A stretch of 38,710 nt of DNA from a virus (taxonomy: Duplodnaviria > Caudoviricetes). Below the pieces are notes generated by a model that did not search any database, was not told the origin of the DNA, and saw nothing but the letters and a program-made list of their open reading frames with translations. A program made the position numbers and the translations under genes. This document shows, piece by piece, positions 27,687 to 37,495 of the stretch; position 1 is the stretch's first letter, and every line of letters starts with the position of its first letter. Location: positions 1-38,710 of the IMG/VR virus record IMGVR_UViG_3300031260_000128; one strand, given 5' to 3'.

Positions 27687-27951
27687 GCGCTTTTTGCTCC
27701 TGCTGTTGCTGGCATTCCACTACCATATCGACCTGGGCGGCGCAGGCGTGCCAGGCCTGCTCTAGCTGGTCAATCTCCTGACTGAGCCCCTCGTTGCTTC
27801 TCGGGTTCGCCGGTGGGAGCGAGCAGGGCACTACGCGCGGACAGCCATTGTCGATAGGCGGCGCTGCCACTAAGGGCCGGTCGCTGGCGCAGGCGGATAA
27901 TAGCAGTGGGCAGAGCAGTATCAGCCCAGGCTTTAACATCGGCGTATTCAT
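27679..27951 (-). CDS. lysC: Outer-membrane spanin LysC (Rz1-like lipoprotein)
   Basis: LLLSAC lipobox, GCPRVVPCSLP, AWHACAAQVD; overlaps lysB. Confidence 0.9.
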   Translation of the reverse strand: MNTPMLKPGLILLCPLLLSACASDRPLVAAPPIDNGCPRVVPCSLPPANPRSNEGLSQEIDQLEQAWHACAAQVDMVVECQQQQEQKAHE

Positions 27952-28210
27952 GTTTCAGTTGCTCCAGTTGCTGCGACTGGGTGGCCGCAAGGTTGTTGGC
28001 TGTATTGAGGCGGCGACGCAGTTCCGCCTGCGCGGCCTGGTTCTGCTGGGCGGTTTTCTGGATGGCATCGATACTTTGCTGCGACTGTGCAACCGCAAGC
28101 TCTAACTTGCCGGCACGCTCGCGGGTATCCAGCAAATCGGTATAGAGCCAGTACATGACCCCCAAGCTCAGCAGTGCATAGACGGTGCCTGCCAGTAGCG
28201 CCTTACTCAT
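27770..28210 (-). CDS. lysB: Inner-membrane spanin LysB
   Basis: N-terminal TM, coiled coil, WADTALPTAIIRLRQRP. Confidence 0.9.
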   Translation of the reverse strand: MSKALLAGTVYALLSLGVMYWLYTDLLDTRERAGKLELAVAQSQQSIDAIQKTAQQNQAAQAELRRRLNTANNLAATQSQQLEQLKHEYADVKAWADTALPTAIIRLRQRPALSGSAAYRQWLSARSALLAPTGEPEKQRGAQSGD

Positions 28211-29012
28211 AACCCTGTTCCTTCAGCAGCACATCGAGTTGCTGATAACTGCGCGCCAGCTTGATGTCATAGTTGTTGGCCTGATAGTTGGGGCCGTTGT
28301 AGCGCTTGGCAAACTCGCCCCATTTACGTTGCTGCAGTGCATGGTGTAGTTTGCTGTCGGCCATGATGAACTTGACCAGGGCATTGAGCTGTTCGGCTTC
28401 ACTGGCGGCCATGGCGCGGCTCATGGCAATGGCCGAGTCATAACCCAGCAGTTGCCAGTGCATGCCCATTATCTGGAACATGCCCCAGCTGCACGCCTCA
28501 ATGGCCGCATCTGTATCGAGTGAGCAGGCTGCGCGCAGCCGGCTGTATTCATTGGCGCCGCCGATATAGCCGCCGGGCTTGGGGTTACACAGATTCGGGT
28601 AACGCTCGGCCAGTGCATCCGCCTGGGCCTGGTCGGTAACGGCAATCTGGCGATAGAAGATATGCCGCTCATACAAAATCACCGCCTTGCCGTTATCAAA
28701 GAAACCGTTGCCTTGGGATTCCACATTGGCGAGGGCCACCATGGTTGCCAGTGCTATCTCCAACGTGTTTGCTGCCTGCTGCAAATCCCGCAGGGTCAGC
28801 AACTCCGGTCTGGCCTTGCCCGCAAGCCGTGCCAGCATGCGCGGGCCGACACTGCCGGTGGGTGGCAAGTCATTGTCCAACTGATAACGCAAGACTGCCT
28901 GACGGGTGGCCTCGCCATAATCCCCATCCACCGCAATCACGGTGCCTTGCTGCAGCAACTGCTGTTGCAGCCATTTGACCTGGTGCCCCTTGGCCCCAAA
29001 TTGCAACATCAT
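28203..29012 (-). CDS. Modular endolysin: PG-binding domain plus N-acetylmuramidase (DUF3380-type)
   Basis: VDGDYGEATRQAV; VESQGNGF, ILYERH, SWGMFQIMG, FAKRYNGP. Confidence 0.92.
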   Translation of the reverse strand: MMLQFGAKGHQVKWLQQQLLQQGTVIAVDGDYGEATRQAVLRYQLDNDLPPTGSVGPRMLARLAGKARPELLTLRDLQQAANTLEIALATMVALANVESQGNGFFDNGKAVILYERHIFYRQIAVTDQAQADALAERYPNLCNPKPGGYIGGANEYSRLRAACSLDTDAAIEACSWGMFQIMGMHWQLLGYDSAIAMSRAMAASEAEQLNALVKFIMADSKLHHALQQRKWGEFAKRYNGPNYQANNYDIKLARSYQQLDVLLKEQGYE

Positions 29013-29320
29013 GCTTTCTCCTTAACGGGTTTTTGATGCAGTAACCAGCTCGACAACCGTGAGTGGGCAGCGCTGGCCTTGAACAGCTCCGCCAGATTGC
29101 CGTTGGCGCTGAATACCAGTACGGCTAACACCGCGTTTGCCAGTAATACGCTCCAGTGGGTGGCGTTGCCGACATGCAGCAGTGCCAGCAACGTCTGACT
29201 GCCACAGGCGACTGTCAGCAGATAGGCCAGTACTGAAATCCACGGCCGGTAACGGCGTTTGACAAAGAGCGCCAGGCGCAGCGCAATGGCGAGACAGATG
29301 AGGGCATTGAGTGTGGTCAT
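29009..29320 (-). CDS. Putative holin
   Basis: About three TM segments, RYRPWISVLAYLL, NGNLAEL; GGGGAAG RBS before ATG 29320. Confidence 0.8.
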   Translation of the reverse strand: MTTLNALICLAIALRLALFVKRRYRPWISVLAYLLTVACGSQTLLALLHVGNATHWSVLLANAVLAVLVFSANGNLAELFKASAAHSRLSSWLLHQKPVKEKA

Positions 29321-29688
29321 TTCTTCCCCCTGAATGAACGGATGAAATCGAGCAGGGTGTCGGGTTCGCTGGTGAGCTTCTGCAGTAGCCTGACGACACT
29401 GGCAGCGGCAATAATGGACGCCATGGCCGGATTGACCGCAATGGTGCTGGGCAGCGCCAGGCTGAGCAGATTGGCGGCCCACTGGGCACACAGCAAACCA
29501 CCCAGAAACGAGATGATAAACAGGCTGGCTTTACGCCAATGGCCGGAGCTGTCATCACTGATGATGAACAGCAGTGAGCCGGTAAAGGCGCCAATGACCA
29601 CGCCGGGGTCCACTCCGGGCAGCAGGGTTAACAGGCCGGCGGTAAAAACGTAGGCAGTGGCGGTTGAGGTGGTAACGGGTTCGCTCAT
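29317..29688 (-). CDS. Putative holin/antiholin membrane protein
   Basis: MSEPVTTST, VVIGAFTGSLLFI; hydrophobic; directly after X. Confidence 0.78.
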   Translation of the reverse strand: MSEPVTTSTATAYVFTAGLLTLLPGVDPGVVIGAFTGSLLFIISDDSSGHWRKASLFIISFLGGLLCAQWAANLLSLALPSTIAVNPAMASIIAAASVVRLLQKLTSEPDTLLDFIRSFRGKK

Positions 29689-29690
29689 GT

Positions 29691-29903
29691 TCAGTCCCAT
29701 AGCTGAATGTGTGAAGTAATGGCAGGCGCTTCGCTGAGCGCCGGCAGCAGAACCGCCGTGCCCAGCGGCAACACCGGCCCTTTGTCTGCCAGGTGCGGGT
29801 TGAGTTGCAGCGCCTTTTCGGTGACGCGGCGCGTAGCCCCCAGATGGCGCTGACACAGTAAGTCGAGGGTATCGCCCTGCTGGCTGTAGACGGTCATGCC
29901 CAT
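29691..29903 (-). CDS. X: Tail protein gpX (LysM-like)
   Basis: QQGDTLDLLCQRHLG, NPHLADKGPVLPLGTAVLLP, QLWD. Confidence 0.95.
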   Translation of the reverse strand: MGMTVYSQQGDTLDLLCQRHLGATRRVTEKALQLNPHLADKGPVLPLGTAVLLPALSEAPAITSHIQLWD

Positions 29904-30361
29904 CAAATCAGCTCCACCGTCACATGGGGGATATCCATCAAATCGCGGATGGCATAGGCTGCATCGCGCCGAAGGTCATCAATGGTGCTCTGCAGGTTGT
30001 CGCTGTCATCCTGCTTGGCGGCGGTGCTGTCATAATCGCTATAGCGCTCACTCAGGTTGGCTTTGGTGAGGCAGTACACCGCCCGCAGATAGAGGTATTG
30101 CCGCTCTGAGCTGCCGTTAATGGTGTGCGCTGGCACCGTGTCCAATGTGGTGTAGCCGTTATCCTGCTGACGCTGCTGCCAGAGCGCCAAGTCGCGGTTG
30201 ACCAAAATCATCGCGTTAATGGCCGCATGCTGCAGCCGCTCGGCGGTGACGGTGCCATCCAGGCGCATGGTGAGCTGCAAGGCGGCTAAGTCGATATCCG
30301 GCCAAAAGCCATCATTGGTGACAGTGCCTTCACTGGCCGGTGCTGTGGCAATAAAACTCAT
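29903..30361 (-). CDS. L: Head completion protein gpL
   Basis: NDGFWPDIDL, MRLDGTVTAERL, TVELI. Confidence 0.95.
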   Translation of the reverse strand: MSFIATAPASEGTVTNDGFWPDIDLAALQLTMRLDGTVTAERLQHAAINAMILVNRDLALWQQRQQDNGYTTLDTVPAHTINGSSERQYLYLRAVYCLTKANLSERYSDYDSTAAKQDDSDNLQSTIDDLRRDAAYAIRDLMDIPHVTVELI

Positions 30362-30462
30362 GTGGCCTCCGCTATCGCGTCAGGGGAGGACGGTGGGCCC
30401 GCCATCCTGAAATCGTTATCTATTCATCAGGCGGGCGCCGTCCGGTGCGCGTGGTCGCTCGG

Positions 30463-31146
30463 TTAGCTGGCGGTATGACTACCGCCGTCTGGCTGTGAGG
30501 TGCCCAAGGTGCGGCCAAGCTTTTCCATCAGCTTTTTCACGCCCACCTTGTCGTTGTATTTGAGTGCGGTCTGGTACGCATCGAAGGCGGGCTGCAGCTG
30601 TTCTTCTGCTTCCAGGGCTTCGCCATAGGCGCGATAGAGCTTGGCGCGCACTTCGTCGTACATGTCACTGTCGGCGGTCATGGCAATCACCTCGGCAATG
30701 AGGGCGCTACTGACTGCGTTCTCGCTGCCCAGCAGGCGCGTTGCCACATCGGCCACCTCTTCGGCAAAGGTGCAGGGCAGACCGCGCTCGAAGCGGTCCG
30801 GCATGGTCAGGTCATGCTGGATGGCATAACGTCCAAGCCTGATGGCAGCAGCAATGTCGCCCACATCGATATGCCACAGCATGACCGTGGTCAGCACTTC
30901 ATCCTGCTGGCCGCGGTTGGCGCTGAGTACCCCGTCCAGATACGGGGTGTACTGCGGCAGAAACTGGCGCTTTGCCTGAATTTTGCGGTCGATGGACTGC
31001 AGTGTTTTCAGCGCGCGGCGGTGCTCGGTGAGTTGCATCAGCATCAGTTCGTACTGGTTGAGGGCCTTTTGGTCGAGGGCGGGGTTATCCCCGCCACGTT
31101 TGGCCGCCAGTACCCGGTCGCGATGCGCTTGGGCAGGTGACATCAT
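30463..31146 (-). CDS. M: Terminase small (endonuclease) subunit gpM
   Basis: SPAQAHR, QDEVLTTVMLWHIDVGD, VGVKKLME. Confidence 0.95.
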   Translation of the reverse strand: MMSPAQAHRDRVLAAKRGGDNPALDQKALNQYELMLMQLTEHRRALKTLQSIDRKIQAKRQFLPQYTPYLDGVLSANRGQQDEVLTTVMLWHIDVGDIAAAIRLGRYAIQHDLTMPDRFERGLPCTFAEEVADVATRLLGSENAVSSALIAEVIAMTADSDMYDEVRAKLYRAYGEALEAEEQLQPAFDAYQTALKYNDKVGVKKLMEKLGRTLGTSQPDGGSHTAS

Positions 31147-32159
31147 GATGAGGCTCCCTGGGTAAAGGTGATGTTTTCAGCAAAGGCAGCACAGCCATAG
31201 TCTTCCACCACGTAGGCATCGTTAGACGACTCGTAGTTTTCAATCTGATCACGTTTCGGGTTATCCACGATATGCCGGCGGCGGGCGCCTTCCTGCCAGT
31301 ACAGGCTGAGGTTATCCATGCGGGTCACCAGAATGCCGTTAGCGGGGAAACTGGGTACGCGCACGGCCGGTAAGCCGCCGAGGCGTTTCTGGCTGATAAT
31401 CAAATCGGCCGCCAGGGTTTCGGTGGGTTCGTGGTTCTTGTTGACGATAGGGAAATACTTATCCGCCAGCAGCTTGCGGCCACAGATAGCCACTAACTCG
31501 GTGTCGTCCTGGTACCAGGGTTCAATCAGGTTATTGACCATGTCGAACACCAGTGCATCCAGGTTGGCGTAGTCGGTGCCGATGATGATTTTACCGGAAT
31601 CGGCCACCACTTCTTTCATGTGACGTTGCGGTGCGTACTCACGGATTTTCTGCAGCCAGCCCTTGTTCACATCCTGTAACAGCGGGTTGGTGCCACGGTC
31701 AGAGGTGGCGGCGCGGCTGGTGCCGTTAAAGCCAATCATAATGCGGTCCAGTGCCTGGCGTTTCAAAATGGTGTCACGAATGCGCGCCTGAAAGTCGGGG
31801 AACTTGGCCCACATATCGATTTTGGCGTAACGCAGCACCGTATCAAAGTTGGTCTGGGTGCAGTCATAACCCGCCGCATCCAAATCGGTCGGGTCGATGG
31901 CCTGACGGTCCTGCTTGGTGGTATCGGTGGTGCTGGCAATGGTGCTGTTGATGCCCAGCCCCAGCTTTTCACCGCTCTTTTCATTCACCGGGACGATGTT
32001 GATGCGGGTCAGGAACTCGGAGCTTTCCTGCATCCGGGTTTCCAGCGTCTGCTGCACACTGGGGGTGACAGTGAATTTGGTATTAGTGCTGTCCACGCCA
32101 TTGAGGGCACACAACTGGTGGGTGTAGGCGTTGAACAGTTGACGGGTTTCGTTGCGCAT
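31143..32159 (-). CDS. N: Major capsid protein gpN
   Basis: MRNETRQLFNAY, ALDRIMIGFNG, NPLLQDVNKGWLQK. Confidence 0.97.
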   Translation of the reverse strand: MRNETRQLFNAYTHQLCALNGVDSTNTKFTVTPSVQQTLETRMQESSEFLTRINIVPVNEKSGEKLGLGINSTIASTTDTTKQDRQAIDPTDLDAAGYDCTQTNFDTVLRYAKIDMWAKFPDFQARIRDTILKRQALDRIMIGFNGTSRAATSDRGTNPLLQDVNKGWLQKIREYAPQRHMKEVVADSGKIIIGTDYANLDALVFDMVNNLIEPWYQDDTELVAICGRKLLADKYFPIVNKNHEPTETLAADLIISQKRLGGLPAVRVPSFPANGILVTRMDNLSLYWQEGARRRHIVDNPKRDQIENYESSNDAYVVEDYGCAAFAENITFTQGASS

Positions 32160-32170
32160 ATAGAAGACTC

Positions 32171-32992
32171 CTAGCAATCGGTTTTTACTGTGTTATCGCC
32201 ACCGCTTGCAGGCTGGCGCTGGCTGTGGTGACCGGGTTCGTTATCCAACTGCTGTTTCAGGGCGTTGAAGTTGGCTGTAAGTTGCTCCAGCCCGGTACTG
32301 AGTTGGCCGAGCGTGGTTTGCTGACGGGTAAATTGCTGCTGCAGCTGGGCGTGACGGGTTTCAACATCGGCCGTGGTCTGGGCAATGGCTTCAACCGCCT
32401 GATGCACATCGCTAAATTCGTCACTGGTCACCTTGCTGGCTTTCCCCAGCAGGGCCTTGACGCGGTTGAATAGCCCCGAGGTTTGCGGCTCGTCGTCTTC
32501 AAACTCCAGCGTGGTTTCCACCGCCGCTGTAAACAAGTTGTCGGGTTTCTGCTTACGCGAGGCCAGCGGGTTGTGTTCACTCTTGGCCGAGAACGCCAGC
32601 ATTTCGGTACCGAGGGAGGCAGGGGAATCGGTGACCGCCAGCCCGGTGAGGTAGCATTTGCCCGATTTAGCAAAGTTGGGGTCAATCTCCACCGAGGTAT
32701 AGATTTTCTGGCGCGCCTTGTTCATCGCCAGCAAATCTTCGGTCGGGGAGATTTGCGCAAACAGCGCCAGCTTGCCGTCTTCGACCTTTTCCGCCTTGAC
32801 GGCGGTGACATCGCCATAAGCCTTAAACGGTGAATCCGGCAGGATGCCGCGAATATGCTCCAGCCAGATACGCGCGCCATATTTGGCGGTGTTGTAGCTT
32901 TCGGCGATTTCTTCAATCCAGTTGCGTTGGATTTCGCGACCGTCAGTGGTGTCGCCTTCGGTAAACACCCGGAAGAATTTGGACTTTTTCAT
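32171..32992 (-). CDS. O: Capsid scaffolding/protease gpO
   Basis: KFFRVFTEGDTTDGR, YLTGLAVTDSPASLGTE. Confidence 0.97.
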   Translation of the reverse strand: MKKSKFFRVFTEGDTTDGREIQRNWIEEIAESYNTAKYGARIWLEHIRGILPDSPFKAYGDVTAVKAEKVEDGKLALFAQISPTEDLLAMNKARQKIYTSVEIDPNFAKSGKCYLTGLAVTDSPASLGTEMLAFSAKSEHNPLASRKQKPDNLFTAAVETTLEFEDDEPQTSGLFNRVKALLGKASKVTSDEFSDVHQAVEAIAQTTADVETRHAQLQQQFTRQQTTLGQLSTGLEQLTANFNALKQQLDNEPGHHSQRQPASGGDNTVKTDC

Positions 32993-33163
32993 GATAACCC
33001 TTTGGCATAAGTGGCTCGGACGTGACTGTTGCTATGGTCAGAAGGGGGGCTAAAGGGGTCAACGTAGCCGGAGGGTGACACACAGCAGCTACCGCCCCCA
33101 TGAGCCAAACTCTGGCCGCCACGCTTTTACACTGGCGCTATTGTGTGATTGCCCAGAGTTGTT
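32993..33163. promoter_or_regulatory. Divergent late promoter region pO/pP
   Basis: Between divergent O and P; carries the GGGTGAC motif also seen upstream of V and FI. Confidence 0.65.
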
Positions 33164-34930
33164 ATGTCCGATATCGCCGAGTCGCTCCTGCAAACCAGTC
33201 CGCGCCAGCAGGCCAAACACCTGTACTGGCAGGGCTGGTATGTGCGGGATATCAGCCAGCATCTAGCTGTGCCAGAAACCACCGTGTCTTCCTGGAAAAA
33301 GCGCGATGGCTGGGATGACGCCAGGCCGATTGACCGGGTGGACGCGGCGCTGGAAATGCGCATGGTGCAGCTCATTGCCAAGCCCGATAAAGACGGACGC
33401 GATTTTAAAGAGATGGATTTGCTTGGGCGGCAGCTCGAGCGCATTGCCCGTATCACCCGTTACCAGAATGGCGGCAATGAAGCGGATTTAAACCCCAAGG
33501 TGCATCACCGTAATGCCGGCGACAAGCGCAAGCCGGTGAAAAACCTTATCACCGATGAACAGCGCGACAAGCTGTGGGCCGCCTTCAATGCGCAGATGTT
33601 TGATTACCAGCGCACCTGGTACCAAGCGGGCTTAAGCCACCGTATCCGCAACATCCTCAAATCGCGGCAAATCGGTGCGACTTACTATTTCGCCCATGAA
33701 GCGCTGCTGGATGCGATTGATACCGGGCGTAACCAGATTTTCCTGTCTGCCAGTAAGGCGCAGGCGCATGTGTTCAAGCAGTACATTCTGGCGTTCGCGC
33801 GGGATGTGGCCGAAGTGGAGCTGAGCGGTGACCCGATTGTGCTCGCCAACGGCGCCATTTTGTATTTTCTCGGGACGAATGCCCGCACCGCGCAGTCGTA
33901 CCACGGCAATTTGTATCTGGATGAATACTTCTGGATCCACAAGTTCCAGGAGTTTCGCAAAGTGGCTTCCGGCATGGCGATGCACAAGAAGTGGCGCCAG
34001 ACCTATTTCTCCACCCCGTCATCGCTGAACCATGATGCGTATCCCTTCTGGTCCGGGGCGCTGTTTAACCGCGGCCGACCCAAGGCCGAACGTATCACCC
34101 TGGATGTGAGTCACCCGGCGTTAGCCAATGGCCGTGCCTGCGAGGACAGCCAATGGCGCCAGGTGGTCACCGTGGATGATGCCATCCGCCAGGGCTGTAA
34201 CCTGTTTGACCCAGACACCCTGCACCTGGAATACAGCCCGGAAGAGTACCAGAACCTGCTGATGTGTGAGTTTATCGATGATTCGCAGTCGGTATTCCCG
34301 ATGCAGATGATGCAGCGCTGCATGGTAGATGCGTGGGAAGTGTGGACCGATTACAAACCGTTTGCGCCAAGGCCGATGGGCATGCGCGAAGTGTGGATTG
34401 GTTACGACCCGGCCAAAGGCGGGCAGGGTGACAGCGCTGGCTGCTCGGTGATTTGCCCGCCGATGGTGAAGGGCGGCAAACACCGCATTATTGAAAAACA
34501 CCGCTGGGCGGGCATGGACTTTGAGGCGCAGGCCAACCAAATCCGTGAACTGACCCGGCGCTATCACGTCACCTTTATCGGGATTGATACCACCGGCCTG
34601 GGTGAATCGGTGTACCAGCTGGTGAAGAAGTTCTTCCCGGCCACGCCGTTCCTGTATACCCCGTCACTGAAAGCGCAGATGGTCATCAAAGCCTATGACG
34701 TCATCAGCAAGGGCCGACTGGAATTTGATGCCGGTTGGACGGATTTAGCTCAAGCCTTTATGTCCATCCGCAAAACGCTGACCGCCTCGCAGCGGCAAGT
34801 GACCTATGAATCCTCGCGCAGTGAAGAAACCAGCCATGCCGATATCGCCTGGGCCACCATTCACGCGCTGTATAACGAACCGCTCGATATAAGCGACAAC
34901 ACCACCTCAATGATGGAGATTTACGACTGA
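33164..34930 (+). CDS. P: Terminase ATPase subunit gpP
   Basis: LKSRQIGATYYFA, NLYLDEYFW, WIGYDPA, HADIAWA. Confidence 0.97.
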   Translation: MSDIAESLLQTSPRQQAKHLYWQGWYVRDISQHLAVPETTVSSWKKRDGWDDARPIDRVDAALEMRMVQLIAKPDKDGRDFKEMDLLGRQLERIARITRYQNGGNEADLNPKVHHRNAGDKRKPVKNLITDEQRDKLWAAFNAQMFDYQRTWYQAGLSHRIRNILKSRQIGATYYFAHEALLDAIDTGRNQIFLSASKAQAHVFKQYILAFARDVAEVELSGDPIVLANGAILYFLGTNARTAQSYHGNLYLDEYFWIHKFQEFRKVASGMAMHKKWRQTYFSTPSSLNHDAYPFWSGALFNRGRPKAERITLDVSHPALANGRACEDSQWRQVVTVDDAIRQGCNLFDPDTLHLEYSPEEYQNLLMCEFIDDSQSVFPMQMMQRCMVDAWEVWTDYKPFAPRPMGMREVWIGYDPAKGGQGDSAGCSVICPPMVKGGKHRIIEKHRWAGMDFEAQANQIRELTRRYHVTFIGIDTTGLGESVYQLVKKFFPATPFLYTPSLKAQMVIKAYDVISKGRLEFDAGWTDLAQAFMSIRKTLTASQRQVTYESSRSEETSHADIAWATIHALYNEPLDISDNTTSMMEIYD

Positions 34931-35943
34931 TGTCAAACGACACACTTGAAACAACTGAACCCAATCACCGCATTGAGGTGTTTACCTTTGGGGAGCCGAT
35001 GCCGGTGTTATCGCAACGGGAGATTTTTGATTACCTGGAAGCCATGAGCAACGGCAAATGGTACGAGCCGCCCCTATCCATGAATGGCCTGGCGCGTATC
35101 TACCGTGCGGCGGTGCATCATGCCTCCGCCATTCAGGTGAAGCGCAACATTCTCAAGGCGTGTTTTATCCCGCACCCCAAACTGTCGCTGCACGAGTTCA
35201 CCAAACTGGTGATGGACCTGCTGATTTTTGCCAATGCCTATTTGCAGCGCATTCCCAACCGCACCGGCGGCACGGCCAGCTATCAGGTGAGCCCCGCCAA
35301 ATACACCCGGGTGGGCATCAAACCGAACCAATACTGGTGGGTACCGAACCTGGCCGATGAAATGGCGTTTGCACCCCATGAGCTGTTTCACCTGATGGAA
35401 GCGGATATCAACCAGGAGATTTATGGCGTGCCGGATTATGTCGCCAGCATGAATTCCAGCCTGCTGAATGAATCGGCCACCCTGTTTCGGCGCCGTTACT
35501 ATGAGAACGGCAGCCACGCCGGCTTTATCCTGTACCTGACAGACTCTAACGTGAACAACCAGGACGTGGATGCCCTGCGCAAGAGCCTGAAAGAAAGCAA
35601 AGGCCCCGGTAACTTCCGCAACCTGTTTTTACACTCGCCCGGTGGTAACAAGGATGGCATGAAGTTGATCCCCGTGGCCGAAGTGGCCGCCAAGGATGAA
35701 TTTCTATCCATCAAGAACGTATCACGCGATGACCAGTTGGGTGCCCACCGCGTCCCCCCGCAACTGATGGGCATCATGCCCAACAACACCGGCGGCTTTG
35801 GGGATGTGGAAAAGGCCGCCAAAGTGTTCGATGCCAACGAACTCGAGTGCATCCGCCAGAACCTGCTCAGCATTAACGACTGGGCAGGGGAAGAGATTAT
35901 CCGGTTTAAGGCGTTTAGTCTGGTGGCATCGGTTGGCGATTAA
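34930..35943 (+). CDS. Q: Portal protein gpQ (PBSX family)
   Basis: WYEPPLS, FRRRYYENGSHAGFILY, AHRVPPQLMG. Confidence 0.97.
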   Translation: MSNDTLETTEPNHRIEVFTFGEPMPVLSQREIFDYLEAMSNGKWYEPPLSMNGLARIYRAAVHHASAIQVKRNILKACFIPHPKLSLHEFTKLVMDLLIFANAYLQRIPNRTGGTASYQVSPAKYTRVGIKPNQYWWVPNLADEMAFAPHELFHLMEADINQEIYGVPDYVASMNSSLLNESATLFRRRYYENGSHAGFILYLTDSNVNNQDVDALRKSLKESKGPGNFRNLFLHSPGGNKDGMKLIPVAEVAAKDEFLSIKNVSRDDQLGAHRVPPQLMGIMPNNTGGFGDVEKAAKVFDANELECIRQNLLSINDWAGEEIIRFKAFSLVASVGD

Positions 35944-36145
35944 GCACTTGGCAAGCGCTGGTGCAGGGCGGTGTCAGCGTATAGCCGTGCTATTGTGTGC
36001 CACAGCGCTAAGACTTGTTGCTCTGTCATCATGAACTAATTGACCAAATTTTAGTAATGCTACCAAATGAGTACTCTGGCAGTGACAGATCTAGTGTTCG
36101 CTCAATGACAAACATTCTACTTTATCAAAATAATGAAGGACTCAA

Positions 36146-36174
36146 TTGACTCGTTTGGGGCCCTATAATAGATT
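36146..36174 (+). promoter_or_regulatory. Putative sigma70 promoter for the riboswitch-alx unit
   Basis: TTGACT-17 nt-TAGATT puts +1 near 36181, at the riboswitch start. Confidence 0.55.
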
Positions 36175-36180
36175 TATACT

Positions 36181-36296
36181 CGCAAAGGGGAGTAACTTCA
36201 TTGTCGGTAGATCGTCATCACGATGCTTAAAGCATCCGGTCGCTGAGCAACCTATTTGGATGGTTGTAAGTGAGACCTTGCCGGAAGGCGAGGTCT
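36181..36296 (+). ncRNA. yybP-ykoY (Mn2+-sensing) riboswitch, alx-type leader
   Basis: AAAGGGGAGTAAC, CGTCATCAC, CCGG, GTGAGACCTTG core, then hairpin AGACCTTGCC-GGAA-GGCGAGGTCT as recalled for the E. coli alx leader; upstream of a TerC gene. Confidence 0.9.
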
Positions 36297-36365
36297 ATTG
36301 CTGCTCAAAATCAATGGCTGACACTTTCTGTGTTGGCCATTTTGTTTTTAAGGAGTAGCTATTTT

Positions 36366-37316
36366 ATGACAACAGTCGGAACACCTATGCTTTGGGGCGC
36401 TTTTGCTCTCATAGTTTTTACAATGCTTGCTATCGATTTGATGATTCAAGGTCGCCGAGGCGAGTATGGCATGTCCGTCAAGCAAGCCGCAGTTTGGTCA
36501 GTTATTTGGGTATCAATATCATTAACGTTCAATGCAGGTCTTTGGTGGTATTTAACCAAAACTACTGGAAGTGAAGTGGCGGTAGAGCAGTCTGTCGCAT
36601 TTTTAACTGGGTATTTAATTGAAAAGGCCTTAGCGGTTGATAATCTGTTTGTCTGGCTAATGTTGTTCAACTATTTTGCGGTTCCCGCTTCCTTACAGCG
36701 CCGAGTGTTAGTTTATGGTGTTATAGGCGCTATCATATTGCGAACATTAATGATTTTCGGTGGCAGTTGGTTAATCTCCCAATTTGACTGGCTATTATAT
36801 GTATTCGGCGTTTTTTTAATTTTTACCGGTGCCAAAATGTTTTTTGGCAGCGAGGAACAAGAAAATACCGCTGATAATCCTCTAATCAAATGGTTACAAC
36901 GACACCTTCGAGTTACTAATACGCTAGAAAATGAGCATTTTTTAGTAAAACGTAATGGACTTTGGTATGTCACACCGTTGTTTTTGACATTGGTGATGGT
37001 TGAACTGAGTGATGTCATTTTTGCCCTTGATAGCATTCCAGCGATTTTTGCCGTTACAACAGATCCTTTCATCGTACTGACCTCCAACTTGTTTGCGATT
37101 CTAGGTCTGAGGGCAATGTATTTCTTGCTAGTCGGTATGGCAGAAAAGTTCTCGTTGCTTAAATATGGGCTAGCCGTCATTTTGCTTTTCATCGGGCTAA
37201 AGATGGCAATGGTTGATTTCATTCATATACCGGTTGCGATTTCGCTTGGGGTAGTTGCAATGATTCTTGCAGTGACTTTGGTTGCTAGTATTTTTATTAG
37301 ACAGAAAGATAATTAG
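36366..37316 (+). CDS. alx: TerC-family membrane protein Alx (Mn2+ homeostasis)
   Basis: [73 protein letters not shown]; AAGGAG RBS. Confidence 0.93.
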   Translation: MTTVGTPMLWGAFALIVFTMLAIDLMIQGRRGEYGMSVKQAAVWSVIWVSISLTFNAGLWWYLTKTTGSEVAVEQSVAFLTGYLIEKALAVDNLFVWLMLFNYFAVPASLQRRVLVYGVIGAIILRTLMIFGGSWLISQFDWLLYVFGVFLIFTGAKMFFGSEEQENTADNPLIKWLQRHLRVTNTLENEHFLVKRNGLWYVTPLFLTLVMVELSDVIFALDSIPAIFAVTTDPFIVLTSNLFAILGLRAMYFLLVGMAEKFSLLKYGLAVILLFIGLKMAMVDFIHIPVAISLGVVAMILAVTLVASIFIRQKDN

Positions 37317-37441
37317 TTTCGACTTACTGTAATAGATTGATTTGGGGCAGGTAGCAGTCTGAATGGGCTGCTCTATATTTATGCGTTATGCTGCGTCAAG
37401 CTGGTGTAAAACGCTTGTGGCCCAAAAAAGAGTATTCATAT

Positions 37442-37467
37442 AAAGCAGCTTCGGCTGCTTTCTTTTT
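37442..37467 (+). terminator. Intrinsic terminator downstream of alx
   Basis: AAAGCAGC-TTCG-GCTGCTTT followed by CTTTTT. Confidence 0.8.
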
Positions 37468-37495
37468 GCCTCAATTTTACCCCAGGCAACCCCCA

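Noticed and set aside
30388-30443. Imperfect GC-rich hairpin between M and L
   Set aside because: Similar structures are usual at this junction in P2-like phages; no U-tract and nothing distinctive.
14386-35873. Many 60-205 aa ORFs antisense to or overlapping structural genes (e.g. 14386-15003, 18105-18674, 29022-29594)
   Set aside because: Shadow frames of GC-rich genes with clear P2 homologs; no motifs or RBS support.
36270-36365. N-terminal extension of the TerC ORF in the track
   Set aside because: It runs through the riboswitch leader; the AAGGAG RBS and Alx-like N-terminus point to ATG 36366.
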